Source of the DNA: an uncultured Trueperaceae bacterium
GTDB lineage: Bacteria; Deinococcota; Deinococci; Deinococcales; Trueperaceae
Direction: 5' to 3'
Length of the DNA stretch: 64,000 nucleotides
NCBI GenBank assembly: GCA_963815215.1
Contig: CAWFFU010000010.1
Location: forward strand, 64,001 to 128,000
The notes beneath the pieces are model-generated. The model saw nothing but the letters and a program-made list of their open reading frames with translations, did no database searches and was not told where the DNA came from. The position numbers and the translations under genes are program-made. This document shows positions 18,202-27,180 of the stretch, in pieces. Positions within the stretch are counted from its first letter, which is position 1. Every line of letters begins with the position of its first letter.

Positions 18202-19389
18202 TCAGTGGGAGATCGGGAGGTTGAAGGGGGGAGGATCGAAGACCGGCGTCCAGGGCCCGTTGAATCCGCTGACGGTGGTGCTGGGGGTGGGGCTGGCGCT
18301 GGCGAGGGAGGTGGCGGTGTACTCGACGACCGTGCTGCTGTCGTAGAGAGAGAGCCAGAGGTTGCCATCGGCGTCGAAGGCCGTCCCGACGGGCCCACCG
18401 GGTCCGCTGAGGGTGGTGCTGGGGGTGGGGCTGGCGCTGGCGAGGGAGGCGGCAGTGTATTCGACCACCGTGCTCGCCGTGTGGTTGCTGACCCAGAGGT
18501 TGCCGGCGGCGTCGAACGTGAGGCCGACCGGCCCACCGAGTCCGGTGACGACCGTGCTGGGGGTGGGGCTGGCGCCGGCGAGGGAGGCGGCGGTGACCTC
18601 GGACACGGTGCCGCCCGAGAAGTCCGTGAGCCAGAGGTTGCCGCTGGTGTCGAACGCCAGGGCGTACGGGGTGGAGACGCCGGTGAGGACCGTGGTGGGG
18701 GTGGGGCTGGCGCTGGCGAGGGAGGCGGCGGTGACCTCGAGAACGCTGCCGGTGCCGTTGTTGCCGATCCAGAGGTTGCCGCCGGCGTCGAACGTCAGGC
18801 CGACGGGCTGGTTGAGCCCGCTGATGGTGGTGCTGGGGGTGGGGCTGGCGCTGGCGAGGGAGGCGGCGCTGTATTCGACCACCGTGTTCCCGCTCCAGGC
18901 CGCGACCCAGAGGTTGCCGGCGGCGTCGAACGCCATGCCCTCCGGCTGGCCGAGGCCCGTGACGACGGCGGTGGGGGTGGGGCTGGCGCCGGCGAGGGAG
19001 GCGGCGGTGACCTCCGCTACAGTACCGCTGGTGTAGCTGGCGACCCACAGGTTCCCGGGCTCCGCCGCGTAGGCGAGGGTCGCGGAGGCCGTCTGACCGT
19101 CGACGACGGTGGCCGTTCCGGTGCTGGCGCTGAAGGTGTTGCGGCGCAGCGTCGCTGTCTGCGGGGTGATGGTGTAGGTGCCGGGCGTGAGGCCGGGGAT
19201 CGAGGCGGGCAAGGTGACGGTGGTGGTGTAGGCGCCGCTCGTCACGACGGCCGAGACCGTGATGCCGGACGGGATGCCCGTCACCTGCACGCTGAGCGTG
19301 CCCGACGGTTGGCTGCACGCGACAAGCAAGAGGGCCAGCAGGCCCAGTGCACAGATGGGGGTCAGCAGTCTGCGGACGGATGGCTCCAT
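18202..19389 (-). CDS. NHL/Vgb-like six-repeat beta-propeller lipoprotein
   Basis: Lipobox LVAC; repeats 'LASASPTPSTT.SG...P.G..FDA.GNLWV'. Confidence 0.85.
   Translation of the reverse strand: MEPSVRRLLTPICALGLLALLLVACSQPSGTLSVQVTGIPSGITVSAVVTSGAYTTTVTLPASIPGLTPGTYTITPQTATLRRNTFSASTGTATVVDGQTASATLAYAAEPGNLWVASYTSGTVAEVTAASLAGASPTPTAVVTGLGQPEGMAFDAAGNLWVAAWSGNTVVEYSAASLASASPTPSTTISGLNQPVGLTFDAGGNLWIGNNGTGSVLEVTAASLASASPTPTTVLTGVSTPYALAFDTSGNLWLTDFSGGTVSEVTAASLAGASPTPSTVVTGLGGPVGLTFDAAGNLWVSNHTASTVVEYTAASLASASPTPSTTLSGPGGPVGTAFDADGNLWLSLYDSSTVVEYTATSLASASPTPSTTVSGFNGPWTPVFDPPPFNLPISH
18240..19060 (-). repeat. Six intragenic 138-bp (46-aa) tandem repeats
   Basis: Anchor GGGGGTGGGGCTGGCG at 18283, 18421, 18559, 18697, 18835, 18973. 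Confidence 0.9.
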
Positions 19390-19594
19390 GCTCGACTCCT
19401 TCGACGCGTCGGGTGTGTGAGGCAGCACGGCGTGAAGCGTTCTCGAGGTTGATGGACGGTCAAGTGACCGTACCCTTGACACGCGCGTTGGAGCGGTGTC
19501 TCCAGTCACCGCATGAGAGGACGATGTGTGCCTGGCCCGTGCGGCCGGCCGGCGGACGCACGACCGTCCCCTCCGGCGCGCTACCATGCAGGAC

Positions 19595-20821
19595 ATGCTC
19601 GACCTCGATTTCGTCCGTTCACAGTTCCCTGCCCTGGCGGGCGAGTGGACCTACCTCGACAACGCCGGCGGCTCCCAGACGCTCGTGGGCGTGGCCGACC
19701 GGGTCCGCGACTACCTGCTGAGCACCAACGTGCAGCTCGGCGCCAGCTATGCCGTGTCCCGGCAGGCCGGCGAGCGCGTGGCCGAGGCCACGCGGGCCGT
19801 GGCCGCGATGATCAACGCCGGCGACGAGCGGGAGGTCGTGATCGGGCCCAGCACCACCCAGCTGCTGGCCAACCTGGCGCTCGCCATGCGGTCCCAGCTC
19901 GTTGTGGGCGACGAGGTCATCGTCACCGACTGCGATCACGAGGCCAACATCGGCCCCTGGGTGCGCCTGGCCGACCAGGGTGTGACGCTCAAGACCTGGA
20001 AGGTCGACCCCGACACGCTGCAGCTCCGCGCCTCGGACCTCGAGGCGCTGCTGACGGAGCGCACCCGCTTGGTGGCGTTCACCCACGCGTCGAACATCCT
20101 CGGCACCGTCAACCCGGTGGCCGACATCACCCGGCTGGTGCACGAACGCGGCGCCCGGGTGTGCGTCGACGCCGTCTCCTACGCCCCGCATCGGGCGCTG
20201 GACGTCCGGGCGTGGGACGTCGACTACTACGTCTTCAGCAGCTACAAGGTCTACGGCCCTCATCTGGCGGTGCTGTACGGGAAGCGCGAGCTGCTCGAAG
20301 GGCTCGCCACCATCAACCACGCCTTCGTCCCCGACGACGACGTGCCGCGCAAGCTGCAGCCCGGCTCCGTCAACTACGAGTTGAGCTACGGCTTGCTCGG
20401 CGTCGCCGAGTACTTCGAGGCGCTGGCGCGGCGTTCGGCCGGCGCTCCCGCGGATAGCCTGCACGGCCGCGTGTCGCAGGCGTTCGAGCTCATCGCCGAG
20501 CAGGAGGAGGCCCTGGCGGCACGCCTGCTCGACTACCTGCGGGGTAAGGGCGGCGTGCGCATCCTCGGCCACGACCGGCCGGACCGTTCGCTGCGGGTCC
20601 CGACCGTGAGCTTCACCGTGGAGGGACAGGATCCCGCCGCGGTGGCCGCGCACGTGGACGGGGCGCGCATCGGCATCCGCTACGGCGACTTCTACGCGCG
20701 CCGGCTCATCGAGGCCCTGGGCCTGAGCGAGCGCAACGGCGTGGTGCGGGTGTCGATGGTGCACTACAACACCCTGAACGAGATCGACGCGCTCATCGCA
20801 CGGCTCGACGAGCTGCTCTGA
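19595..20821 (+). CDS. Class V PLP aminotransferase, cysteine desulfurase-like (VC1184-type)
   Basis: 'YLDNAGGSQ', 'DHEANI', 'VDAV', PLP Lys 'FSSYK'; start ATG 19595 after TACCAT-N7 (ATG 19586 alternative). Confidence 0.88.
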   Translation: MLDLDFVRSQFPALAGEWTYLDNAGGSQTLVGVADRVRDYLLSTNVQLGASYAVSRQAGERVAEATRAVAAMINAGDEREVVIGPSTTQLLANLALAMRSQLVVGDEVIVTDCDHEANIGPWVRLADQGVTLKTWKVDPDTLQLRASDLEALLTERTRLVAFTHASNILGTVNPVADITRLVHERGARVCVDAVSYAPHRALDVRAWDVDYYVFSSYKVYGPHLAVLYGKRELLEGLATINHAFVPDDDVPRKLQPGSVNYELSYGLLGVAEYFEALARRSAGAPADSLHGRVSQAFELIAEQEEALAARLLDYLRGKGGVRILGHDRPDRSLRVPTVSFTVEGQDPAAVAAHVDGARIGIRYGDFYARRLIEALGLSERNGVVRVSMVHYNTLNEIDALIARLDELL

Positions 20822-21030
20822 GGCCCGCCGCCGGACGTCGCCTGGCGTGTCGGCGACGGCTCGCCGGTGACGCGCCCGGGACGCGCCGGGTGCCCCCGGG
20901 GTATGGTCGTTCCCGTCCGTTAGTCGAAAGCGCTCGGTGGCACGCCGAGGCTCGCCGTTCTCTATAGCCGGCACGCCGGCCGTCGTGTGCCGCCGCCCGT
21001 CGTCCGCAACCGTTCCCCCGGGAGGAAGTC

Positions 21031-21825
21031 GTGACCATCGCTCGCCGTACCGTGCCGTTCGTTCTGCTCTTGCTGCTGACCGCCTGCGGGGCGCCCGGCG
21101 GGGGGGTCCCCGTGCAGAGCGCGCAGCTCCAGCCGGCTTGCGCCGGCGCGGCGCCGTTCCCGAGCTCCGTGCATCTCGATCCGTTCTACACGAAGTACTG
21201 CATGGCGGGAGCGCTGCCGATCGTGGCGTCGGCCGAGGTCCCCGATGCGGCTCTGCAGCGCGCGAAGGTCATCGTGACCTCGATGCTCACGATGATCCCG
21301 AGCGACGCGATCGCGGCGATCGCCGACAACCACGTGCGGATCGGGGTGATCGGGGTGAATCAGGTCACCACCGACATGCCGGAGTACGCCGACCTGAACA
21401 CGGCGTTCCCCGGGACCGACTGGAACACGCGGACCCGCGGGGTGAGCGCCACCGTCACGCGGCCCCTCACCTCCTCGGCCGAGGAGAACCTGCTGTGCTA
21501 TCCGGGGGACGTCTACGCCGGTGAGAGCATCCTGGTGCACGAGTTCGCCCACACCATCGCCGAGCTCGGTCTCGAGGCCGTCGACGCCACCTTCGCGACG
21601 CGGCTGCAGACCACGTACGACAACGCCATGAGCGCCGGGCTGTGGCCGGGGAGCTACTCGGCCACGAACCGGAAGGAGTACTGGGCGGAGGGCGTGCAGA
21701 GCTATTTCGGCGTGAGCAACAACGGGGTGGACAGCCGGGCCGCGCTCATGGCGTACGACAAGGGCTTGTACGATCTGATCGACGGGGTCTTCGCGGGGAG
21801 CCCCGCCATCTCCACCTGTCCGTAG
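21031..21825 (+). CDS. Zinc metallopeptidase lipoprotein (HEXXH + E gluzincin-like)
   Basis: Lipobox LTAC; 'ILVHEFAH', 'KEYWAEGVQSYF'. Confidence 0.8.
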   Translation: MTIARRTVPFVLLLLLTACGAPGGGVPVQSAQLQPACAGAAPFPSSVHLDPFYTKYCMAGALPIVASAEVPDAALQRAKVIVTSMLTMIPSDAIAAIADNHVRIGVIGVNQVTTDMPEYADLNTAFPGTDWNTRTRGVSATVTRPLTSSAEENLLCYPGDVYAGESILVHEFAHTIAELGLEAVDATFATRLQTTYDNAMSAGLWPGSYSATNRKEYWAEGVQSYFGVSNNGVDSRAALMAYDKGLYDLIDGVFAGSPAISTCP

Positions 21826-21942
21826 CGGTCCGTAGCGGCACGCGGCGTCCCCGGCGGCAGCGCCGCCCTAGCGTCTTCGGTCAGCGCGCCCGCGGTCCGT
21901 GTGGACCCGCAGGGAGGAACGGGGTAGGCTTCGGGCGGGTCG

Positions 21943-21978
21943 TCGTGACCACATACTCGTGACCTCGGACTCGTGACC
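21943..21978 (+). repeat. Three TCGTGACC direct repeats with 14-bp period
   Basis: At 21943, 21957, 21971, directly before and overlapping the DGC start; TAGGCT at 21925-21930. Confidence 0.8.
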
Positions 21979-23283
21979 ATGGAACCCGAACCCTTCCTAG
22001 ACAAGGTGTTGGACCTGCTCGTCGACACCGTATGCGTGGTGGACGCTGAGGGCCGCTACGTGTACGTGAGCGCGTCGTGCGAGCAGCTGCTCGGATACGT
22101 GCCGGACGAGCTCATCGGCCAGAACATGATCGACCTGGTCCATCCCGACGATCGGGAGCGCACGCTGGCGGCTGCTGCCGAGATCATGCGCGGCAGACCG
22201 CAGAGCCACTTCGAGAACCGCTACGTTCGGAAGGACGGCAGGGTGGTGGACGTCATGTGGTCGGCGCGCTGGCACCGTCCCGACGGGCTGCGCCTGGCGG
22301 TGGCACGGGACGTCACGCCGCTCAAGCGCGCCGCCCGCCTGCAGAGCGCGCTGTACGCGATCTCCGAGGCGGCATATCAGGCCGACGACCTGCCGGGCCT
22401 GTGCGGGATCGTGCACCGGATCATCGGCGAGTTGCTTCCGGTCGAACGGTTCCAGGTCGTGCTCTACGACGCGTTGAGCGACACCCTGTCGTTCACCTAC
22501 GATTCTGGCGCCGAGACCCGCGCGCGCGACGCGATCCCCCTCGAGGTCGGCTCGGATCTGGCCGCGGTCCTCCGAACCGGAGAGCCCGTGGCCACGCCGG
22601 TCGACCCTTCCGACGCATCGGCGGTCGCCGGCGGGGCGTGGCTCGGCGTTCCACTCCTGTCCAACGGCGGCGTGGTCGGAGCGCTGATCGCTCAGGCTGG
22701 GGCGGCCGGTCCAGGGTACGGCGTCGACCAGCGCGAGCTCCTCCAGTTCGTTTCCACGCAGGTCGCCATCGCCATCGAGCGCAAGCAGACGGAGGCACGC
22801 TTCCGGTACCTGGCGCTCCACGATCCGCTGACCGGTCTTCCCAACCGTTCTTTGTTCCACGATCGCTTCGTGGTCGCGCTGCGCCGCGCCGAACGCGACG
22901 GAGAACGGCTCATGCTGCTCTACGTCGACCTGGACGACTTCAAGCTGGTCAACGACAGGTTCGGCCACGAGACCGGTGACCGGCTGCTGGTCGCTGTGGC
23001 GCGAGGCCTCGAAGGCTGCGTGCGCGGGTCGGACACGGTGGCGCGGCTTGGCGGCGACGAGTTCGCCCTGTTGTTGGTCAACGTTCAGCCCGGCGAGCCG
23101 GGGGATGGCATCATCGAGAGGGTGCGGGCGGCCGTCGCCGCGCCGCTCGAGGTCGAGGGGGGCTTCGTGACCATCGCGGCCAGTCTCGGCAGGGCCCTGT
23201 ACCCGGATGACGGTGAGGACCAGGACGCGTTGCTCCGCAGCGCCGACGCGAGCATGTACGCCGGCAAACCCGACGTCCCTTGA
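21973..23283 (+). CDS. PAS-GAF-GGDEF diguanylate cyclase
   Basis: PAS 'VHPDDRE...RKDG', GAF 'WLGVPL', 'HDPLTGLPNR', 'DLDDFKLVND', I-site RGSD, intact GGDEF. Confidence 0.93.
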   Translation: MTMEPEPFLDKVLDLLVDTVCVVDAEGRYVYVSASCEQLLGYVPDELIGQNMIDLVHPDDRERTLAAAAEIMRGRPQSHFENRYVRKDGRVVDVMWSARWHRPDGLRLAVARDVTPLKRAARLQSALYAISEAAYQADDLPGLCGIVHRIIGELLPVERFQVVLYDALSDTLSFTYDSGAETRARDAIPLEVGSDLAAVLRTGEPVATPVDPSDASAVAGGAWLGVPLLSNGGVVGALIAQAGAAGPGYGVDQRELLQFVSTQVAIAIERKQTEARFRYLALHDPLTGLPNRSLFHDRFVVALRRAERDGERLMLLYVDLDDFKLVNDRFGHETGDRLLVAVARGLEGCVRGSDTVARLGGDEFALLLVNVQPGEPGDGIIERVRAAVAAPLEVEGGFVTIAASLGRALYPDDGEDQDALLRSADASMYAGKPDVP

Positions 23284-23318
23284 GCCCCTCAGGCTCCATC
23301 CCCAACGAGGAGAACGCC

Positions 23319-24260
23319 ATGCGCACCCGCCCCATCGGATCTCTGAACGCCTCGGTCGTCGGTCTCGGATGCAACAATTTCGGACGCCGCCTCGACAGGG
23401 CCGGTACCAAGAACGTCCTGGACGCCGCCATCGATGCCGGCGTGACCTTCCTCGACACCGCCGATCTCTACGGCGGCCATGACAGCGAGCGTTTCATGGG
23501 TGAGGCGCTTCGCGGCCGTCGCGACGCGGTGGTCCTCGCCACCAAGTTCGGCCATCCGGCCAACGCCGAGGGGCCGAAGGGCGCCCGCCCCGAGGACGTG
23601 CGAACCGCCCTCGAGGCCAGCCTGCGGCGTCTCGAGACGGACCATGTCGACCTCTACCAGCTCCACATGCCCGACCCGGACGTGCCCATCGCCGACACGC
23701 TCGGCGCGCTGGCCGAAGCGGTTGAGCGGGGGCAGGTGCGGGAGATCGGCTGCTCGAACTTCAGCGCCGCTCAGCTCCAGGAGGCGGAGGACGCCGTGGC
23801 GAGCGGAGCGCCGCGTTTCGTGAGCGTGCAGAACGAGTACAGCATGCTCAAGCGAGCGCCCGAGAGCGAGGTGCTGCCGGCGTGTGAGCGGCTGGACATC
23901 GCGTTCCTGCCGTTCTTTCCACTCCTGAGCGGCATCCTCACCGGCAAGTACCGGAAGGGCCGGCCGTTGCCGGAGGGAACGCGCGTGACCGGTAGCGAGC
24001 GCTGGGAGGCGATGCTCACCGATGACGTTCTGGACGTGGTGGAAGCGCTCGTCGACTTCGCCGCGGAGCGCGATCGCGAGCTGATCGACCTGGCCTTCGC
24101 CTACCTTCTCGCGCACCGTCCCGTGGCCAGCGTCATCGCCGGAGCCACCTCGCCCGCGCAGGTGCGGCGCAACGCGCAGGCGGGGAGCTGGGAGCTCTCT
24201 GCCGGCGAGCTCGCCGAGGTGGAGCGGCGGCTCGACGCCGCGGGAATCCTGCTCCCCTGA
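23319..24260 (+). CDS. Aldo/keto reductase
   Basis: 'GLGCNNFG', 'DTADLYG', 'ATKFG', 'DLYQLH', 'SVQNEYS'. Confidence 0.92.
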   Translation: MRTRPIGSLNASVVGLGCNNFGRRLDRAGTKNVLDAAIDAGVTFLDTADLYGGHDSERFMGEALRGRRDAVVLATKFGHPANAEGPKGARPEDVRTALEASLRRLETDHVDLYQLHMPDPDVPIADTLGALAEAVERGQVREIGCSNFSAAQLQEAEDAVASGAPRFVSVQNEYSMLKRAPESEVLPACERLDIAFLPFFPLLSGILTGKYRKGRPLPEGTRVTGSERWEAMLTDDVLDVVEALVDFAAERDRELIDLAFAYLLAHRPVASVIAGATSPAQVRRNAQAGSWELSAGELAEVERRLDAAGILLP

Positions 24261-24303
24261 CCGCGGCGGTCGCTGCCGTGCCGCTCGCTTGCGCCCGCTT
24301 AAC

Positions 24304-24370
24304 CGTTGCCGCATAGCGTTGCCCATGGAGGCAACGCATGCTTGACGAACACCCCTCGACTCGTCACCTT
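24304..24370 (+). promoter_or_regulatory. CGTTGCC direct repeat plus palindrome upstream of a candidate sigma70 promoter
   Basis: CGTTGCC at 24304 and 24317; GCGTTGCC-N6-GGCAACGC 24316-24337; TTGACG 24342-24347, N17, CACCTT 24365-24370. Confidence 0.45.
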
Positions 24371-24444
24371 CAGGCCGCCCGAGCGGCCTTCCGCCCGGGG
24401 CCGCGGCGCGAGCGCGCCGCGACGTCCCCGCGGAGGCTCCGCTG

Positions 24445-24939
24445 ATGCGCCGCATCTACCTATGGGGCGCCCTGGCGGCCCTGGCGGTCGTCGGGGCGGG
24501 CATCGCCATCGGGCAGGGCCCGAGCGCGAGCGCTGCCACATCGGTGGCGTCGACGACCGCGAGCCCCGCCACACCGGTGGCGTCGACGACCGCCAGCACC
24601 CCGCAGACGCCGGTGCAGATCGGTGCCCAGCTCTACGCCGCCAACTGCCAGACCTGCCATGGTAAGAACGGCCAGGGTGGCAAGGATCGCGGGATCGGCG
24701 GGGAGGGCCTGCGCAGCTTCACGCGCTTCAAGGATCTGATCCTGTACGGGCGCGAGCGCATGCCCGGCTATGCCAAGACCGGCCTGTCGACATCGGACAA
24801 CCTCGGGTCACTGGGGGCGAACGGCTACCTGGGAAACAGCTCGGCTCCGACCGATCAGCAGATCCAGGACCTGCTCGCCTACCTCAAGACGCTGCCTGCC
24901 TCGCACCGCAGCGGCTTCTTCGGCGGCGGGGACGACTAG
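24445..24939 (+). CDS. Monoheme cytochrome c, exported
   Basis: N-terminal signal/TM; CQTCH heme motif; distal 'MP'; RBS GGAGG. Confidence 0.88.
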   Translation: MRRIYLWGALAALAVVGAGIAIGQGPSASAATSVASTTASPATPVASTTASTPQTPVQIGAQLYAANCQTCHGKNGQGGKDRGIGGEGLRSFTRFKDLILYGRERMPGYAKTGLSTSDNLGSLGANGYLGNSSAPTDQQIQDLLAYLKTLPASHRSGFFGGGDD

Positions 24940-24945
24940 GCGGGA

Positions 24946-25704
24946 CTAACCGCAGCCCACGCGGACGAGCAGGAATCCGGCGTTGCGGGCGAGGCCGGAG
25001 GGGTTGGCCCGGGCGAGCACCAGCATGGCGCGCGCGGGGATCGGCCCCTGGAGCCGTAGTTCGGCGCGGAAGGGTACGTAGCCCTCCGTCATCCAGCTCC
25101 CCTGCGCGATCGCGGTGGTGGCCGCCAGCTCGTGGCCGTCGCCGGCCAGGAGCTTCACGGGGAACTCCGCCTCGGCGTACCAGCCGCCCGTAGCGCGCCC
25201 GCGGATCACGACCCGCTCGGCGAGCGCGGCATGGGGCTTGGGCGCGTCCAGAACGGGCGCGCCCGTTCTTCGCAGCACAGCGGCCATGTCGTCGACGGCG
25301 CCGGCCGACTTCGGGGCGGCGATGCGGCAGATCGAGCCGGCGCCGGAGATGCCGGCTGCCAGGCTGCTGACCGGCATCGCCTCGCTCCGCGGCGCGCTCG
25401 AGGGGATCACCACCGAGGCGTGGGTGGAACCGGCCGCCTCCACCGTGACGCGGAAGGGCGAGGCATGGCCCGCGCGGCCGGATGTCGCAGCCGGATCCGG
25501 GAGGATGAGCGCGCGGTCCACCTGCCACGGGTCCGGGGTGACACGATCGAGAAGCTGCAGCGCCGTGGCCGCGCCGACGGTCGGCCCGGACGCGGGCCCC
25601 TCGGCCCGTACCGTCCCGGAGGCCAGCGCACCCAGCAACAGAGCCAACGAGGCCAGGAGAGCCGGCGCATGACGTGCGAGGGAGGCGGCACCCGGTCGTC
25701 TCAT
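24946..25704 (-). CDS. Secreted protein with C-terminal Gmad2-like immunoglobulin domain
   Basis: Signal peptide; 'GRATGGWYAEAEFPVKL...WMTEGYVPFRAEL...NPSGL'. Confidence 0.7.
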   Translation of the reverse strand: MRRPGAASLARHAPALLASLALLLGALASGTVRAEGPASGPTVGAATALQLLDRVTPDPWQVDRALILPDPAATSGRAGHASPFRVTVEAAGSTHASVVIPSSAPRSEAMPVSSLAAGISGAGSICRIAAPKSAGAVDDMAAVLRRTGAPVLDAPKPHAALAERVVIRGRATGGWYAEAEFPVKLLAGDGHELAATTAIAQGSWMTEGYVPFRAELRLQGPIPARAMLVLARANPSGLARNAGFLLVRVGCG

Positions 25705-26067
25705 CGCAGGGCCCAGCGTGTGCCGTGCCGGAGGCTGGTTCGGTCCATGTCCTCCTTGTGTAGCATGCCGGGCGCGGTGGGTCCTACCGACGCAGGTCGT
25801 GCTCGGCGCCGGCGCCAGAGGATCGGCGCGCAGGCAATGGAAGTGGCGCTCGACCTGCCGTGGGGGGCAGCAGGTCAAGCGCCTAAACACATCCTAACGC
25901 GGAAGCGGTCCGTTGTCCGTGCTTCACCCCTTCTGGAGGCGAGCGAAATGGCGGATATCGCGCACACTCCTTCATGAATCTTCCGAAACCGCGCTGGGTC
26001 ATGCGCGAGCTAGGCCCGGGCGCCGGCGCCTTCCGGGCGTCGGCCGAGCCTCGAGCCGGCGCGGCTC

Positions 26068-26412
26068 TCAGCCGCCGGTCACGATCGAGGCGATCAGCTC
26101 GAGCAGCACCACCAGGGCCACTACCGCACGGGCCAGGTTGCGGGCAGCCGCGTAGTGCGCGCCGGCGGTCAGTACCCGGACGCCAGGCAGCGAGCACAGC
26201 ACGATGATCCCGCCGAGCATGAGGCGTTGCCCACGGGCCGTGAGGTCGAGCGCTCTAGGGTCGATCGGCCGGGGGGCGCCGGTGAGGGCCAATGCCAGGC
26301 CCACCAGCATCAAGCTCAGGGCGAACCCGGACAGGCCGCGTGCCACGAGGCGCATGCTGCGCCCGATCCCGGCCGCCTGCTGCCGGTCCTCGTGCCCCCG
26401 GGTTCCGGTCAC
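26068..26412 (-). CDS. Small membrane protein (DUF1634-like)
   Basis: Three hydrophobic segments; GTGA overlap with the tauE-like gene. Confidence 0.65.
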   Translation of the reverse strand: MTGTRGHEDRQQAAGIGRSMRLVARGLSGFALSLMLVGLALALTGAPRPIDPRALDLTARGQRLMLGGIIVLCSLPGVRVLTAGAHYAAARNLARAVVALVVLLELIASIVTGG

Positions 26413-27179
26413 GCTCCGCCCTTCAACCCGCGCACCAGCATCTGCACGCCGATGCCGAGCAGCAGCACGACCAGTGCCCAGCGTAGGGCCCCGACCTTGA
26501 CCCGCGACTGGAGCAGGCTTCCGACCACCGCACCGAGGAAGACCCCGGCGGCGGTCGGGACCACGATGAGCGGGCGTACATCGCCGCGGCCGATGTAGAC
26601 GAAGACGCTGGCGGCGGCGGTGATGCCGACCATGAAGTTGCTCGTCGCGGTGGCGATCCCCAGCGGCACGCCCATGACGGCGTACATGGTGGGAACCTTG
26701 ATGAACCCCCCGCCCACGCCGAGCAGGCCCGACACCATGCCGGCCAGGCCGGCGGTGCTCGAGCCCGCGACCCAGTTCCGGGCCGTGTAGTCGCGGCGGT
26801 ACATCTTCTCGTCGCCGGCCCCGCGCAGGTTCTTGGCGAGGGTGTAGGCGGCGGTGGCGAAGACCACCACCGCGAACAGGATGGCGAGCGCGTTCGCCGG
26901 CACGAACCCGGCGACGAGCCCGCCCACGACGGCGCCGGCGGCGGTGGCGATCTCCAACCGCAGCGCCAGCATGACGTCCGCGCCGCTCTCCTCGCTGGCA
27001 CTGGCCGCCACCCCGGCCGAGGTGGCGATGACGCTGACCAGGCTCGTCCCCACCGCGATGCGCACGGGCAGGTGGAACAGCAGGGTGAGGGCGGGAACCA
27101 GGAAGATGCCGCCGCCCAGGCCGAGCAGGGCGCCTACGCCGCCCGCTAGCGCCCCGGTGCCGAACAGCGCCAACAGCAC
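26409..27179 (-). CDS. Sulfite exporter TauE/SafE family protein
   Basis: Duplicated 'GLGGGIFLVP' / 'GVGGGFIKVP', 'AVGTSL', 'ATATSNF'. Confidence 0.9.
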   Translation of the reverse strand: MLLALFGTGALAGGVGALLGLGGGIFLVPALTLLFHLPVRIAVGTSLVSVIATSAGVAASASEESGADVMLALRLEIATAAGAVVGGLVAGFVPANALAILFAVVVFATAAYTLAKNLRGAGDEKMYRRDYTARNWVAGSSTAGLAGMVSGLLGVGGGFIKVPTMYAVMGVPLGIATATSNFMVGITAAASVFVYIGRGDVRPLIVVPTAAGVFLGAVVGSLLQSRVKVGALRWALVVLLLGIGVQMLVRGLKGGA

Positions 27180-27180
27180 C

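Noticed and set aside
18240..19060. Regular repeats resembling a CRISPR array (also 34150-35100)
   Set aside because: Periods are multiples of three, the intervening sequences are homologous to each other, the repeats lie inside ORFs, and there are no cas genes.
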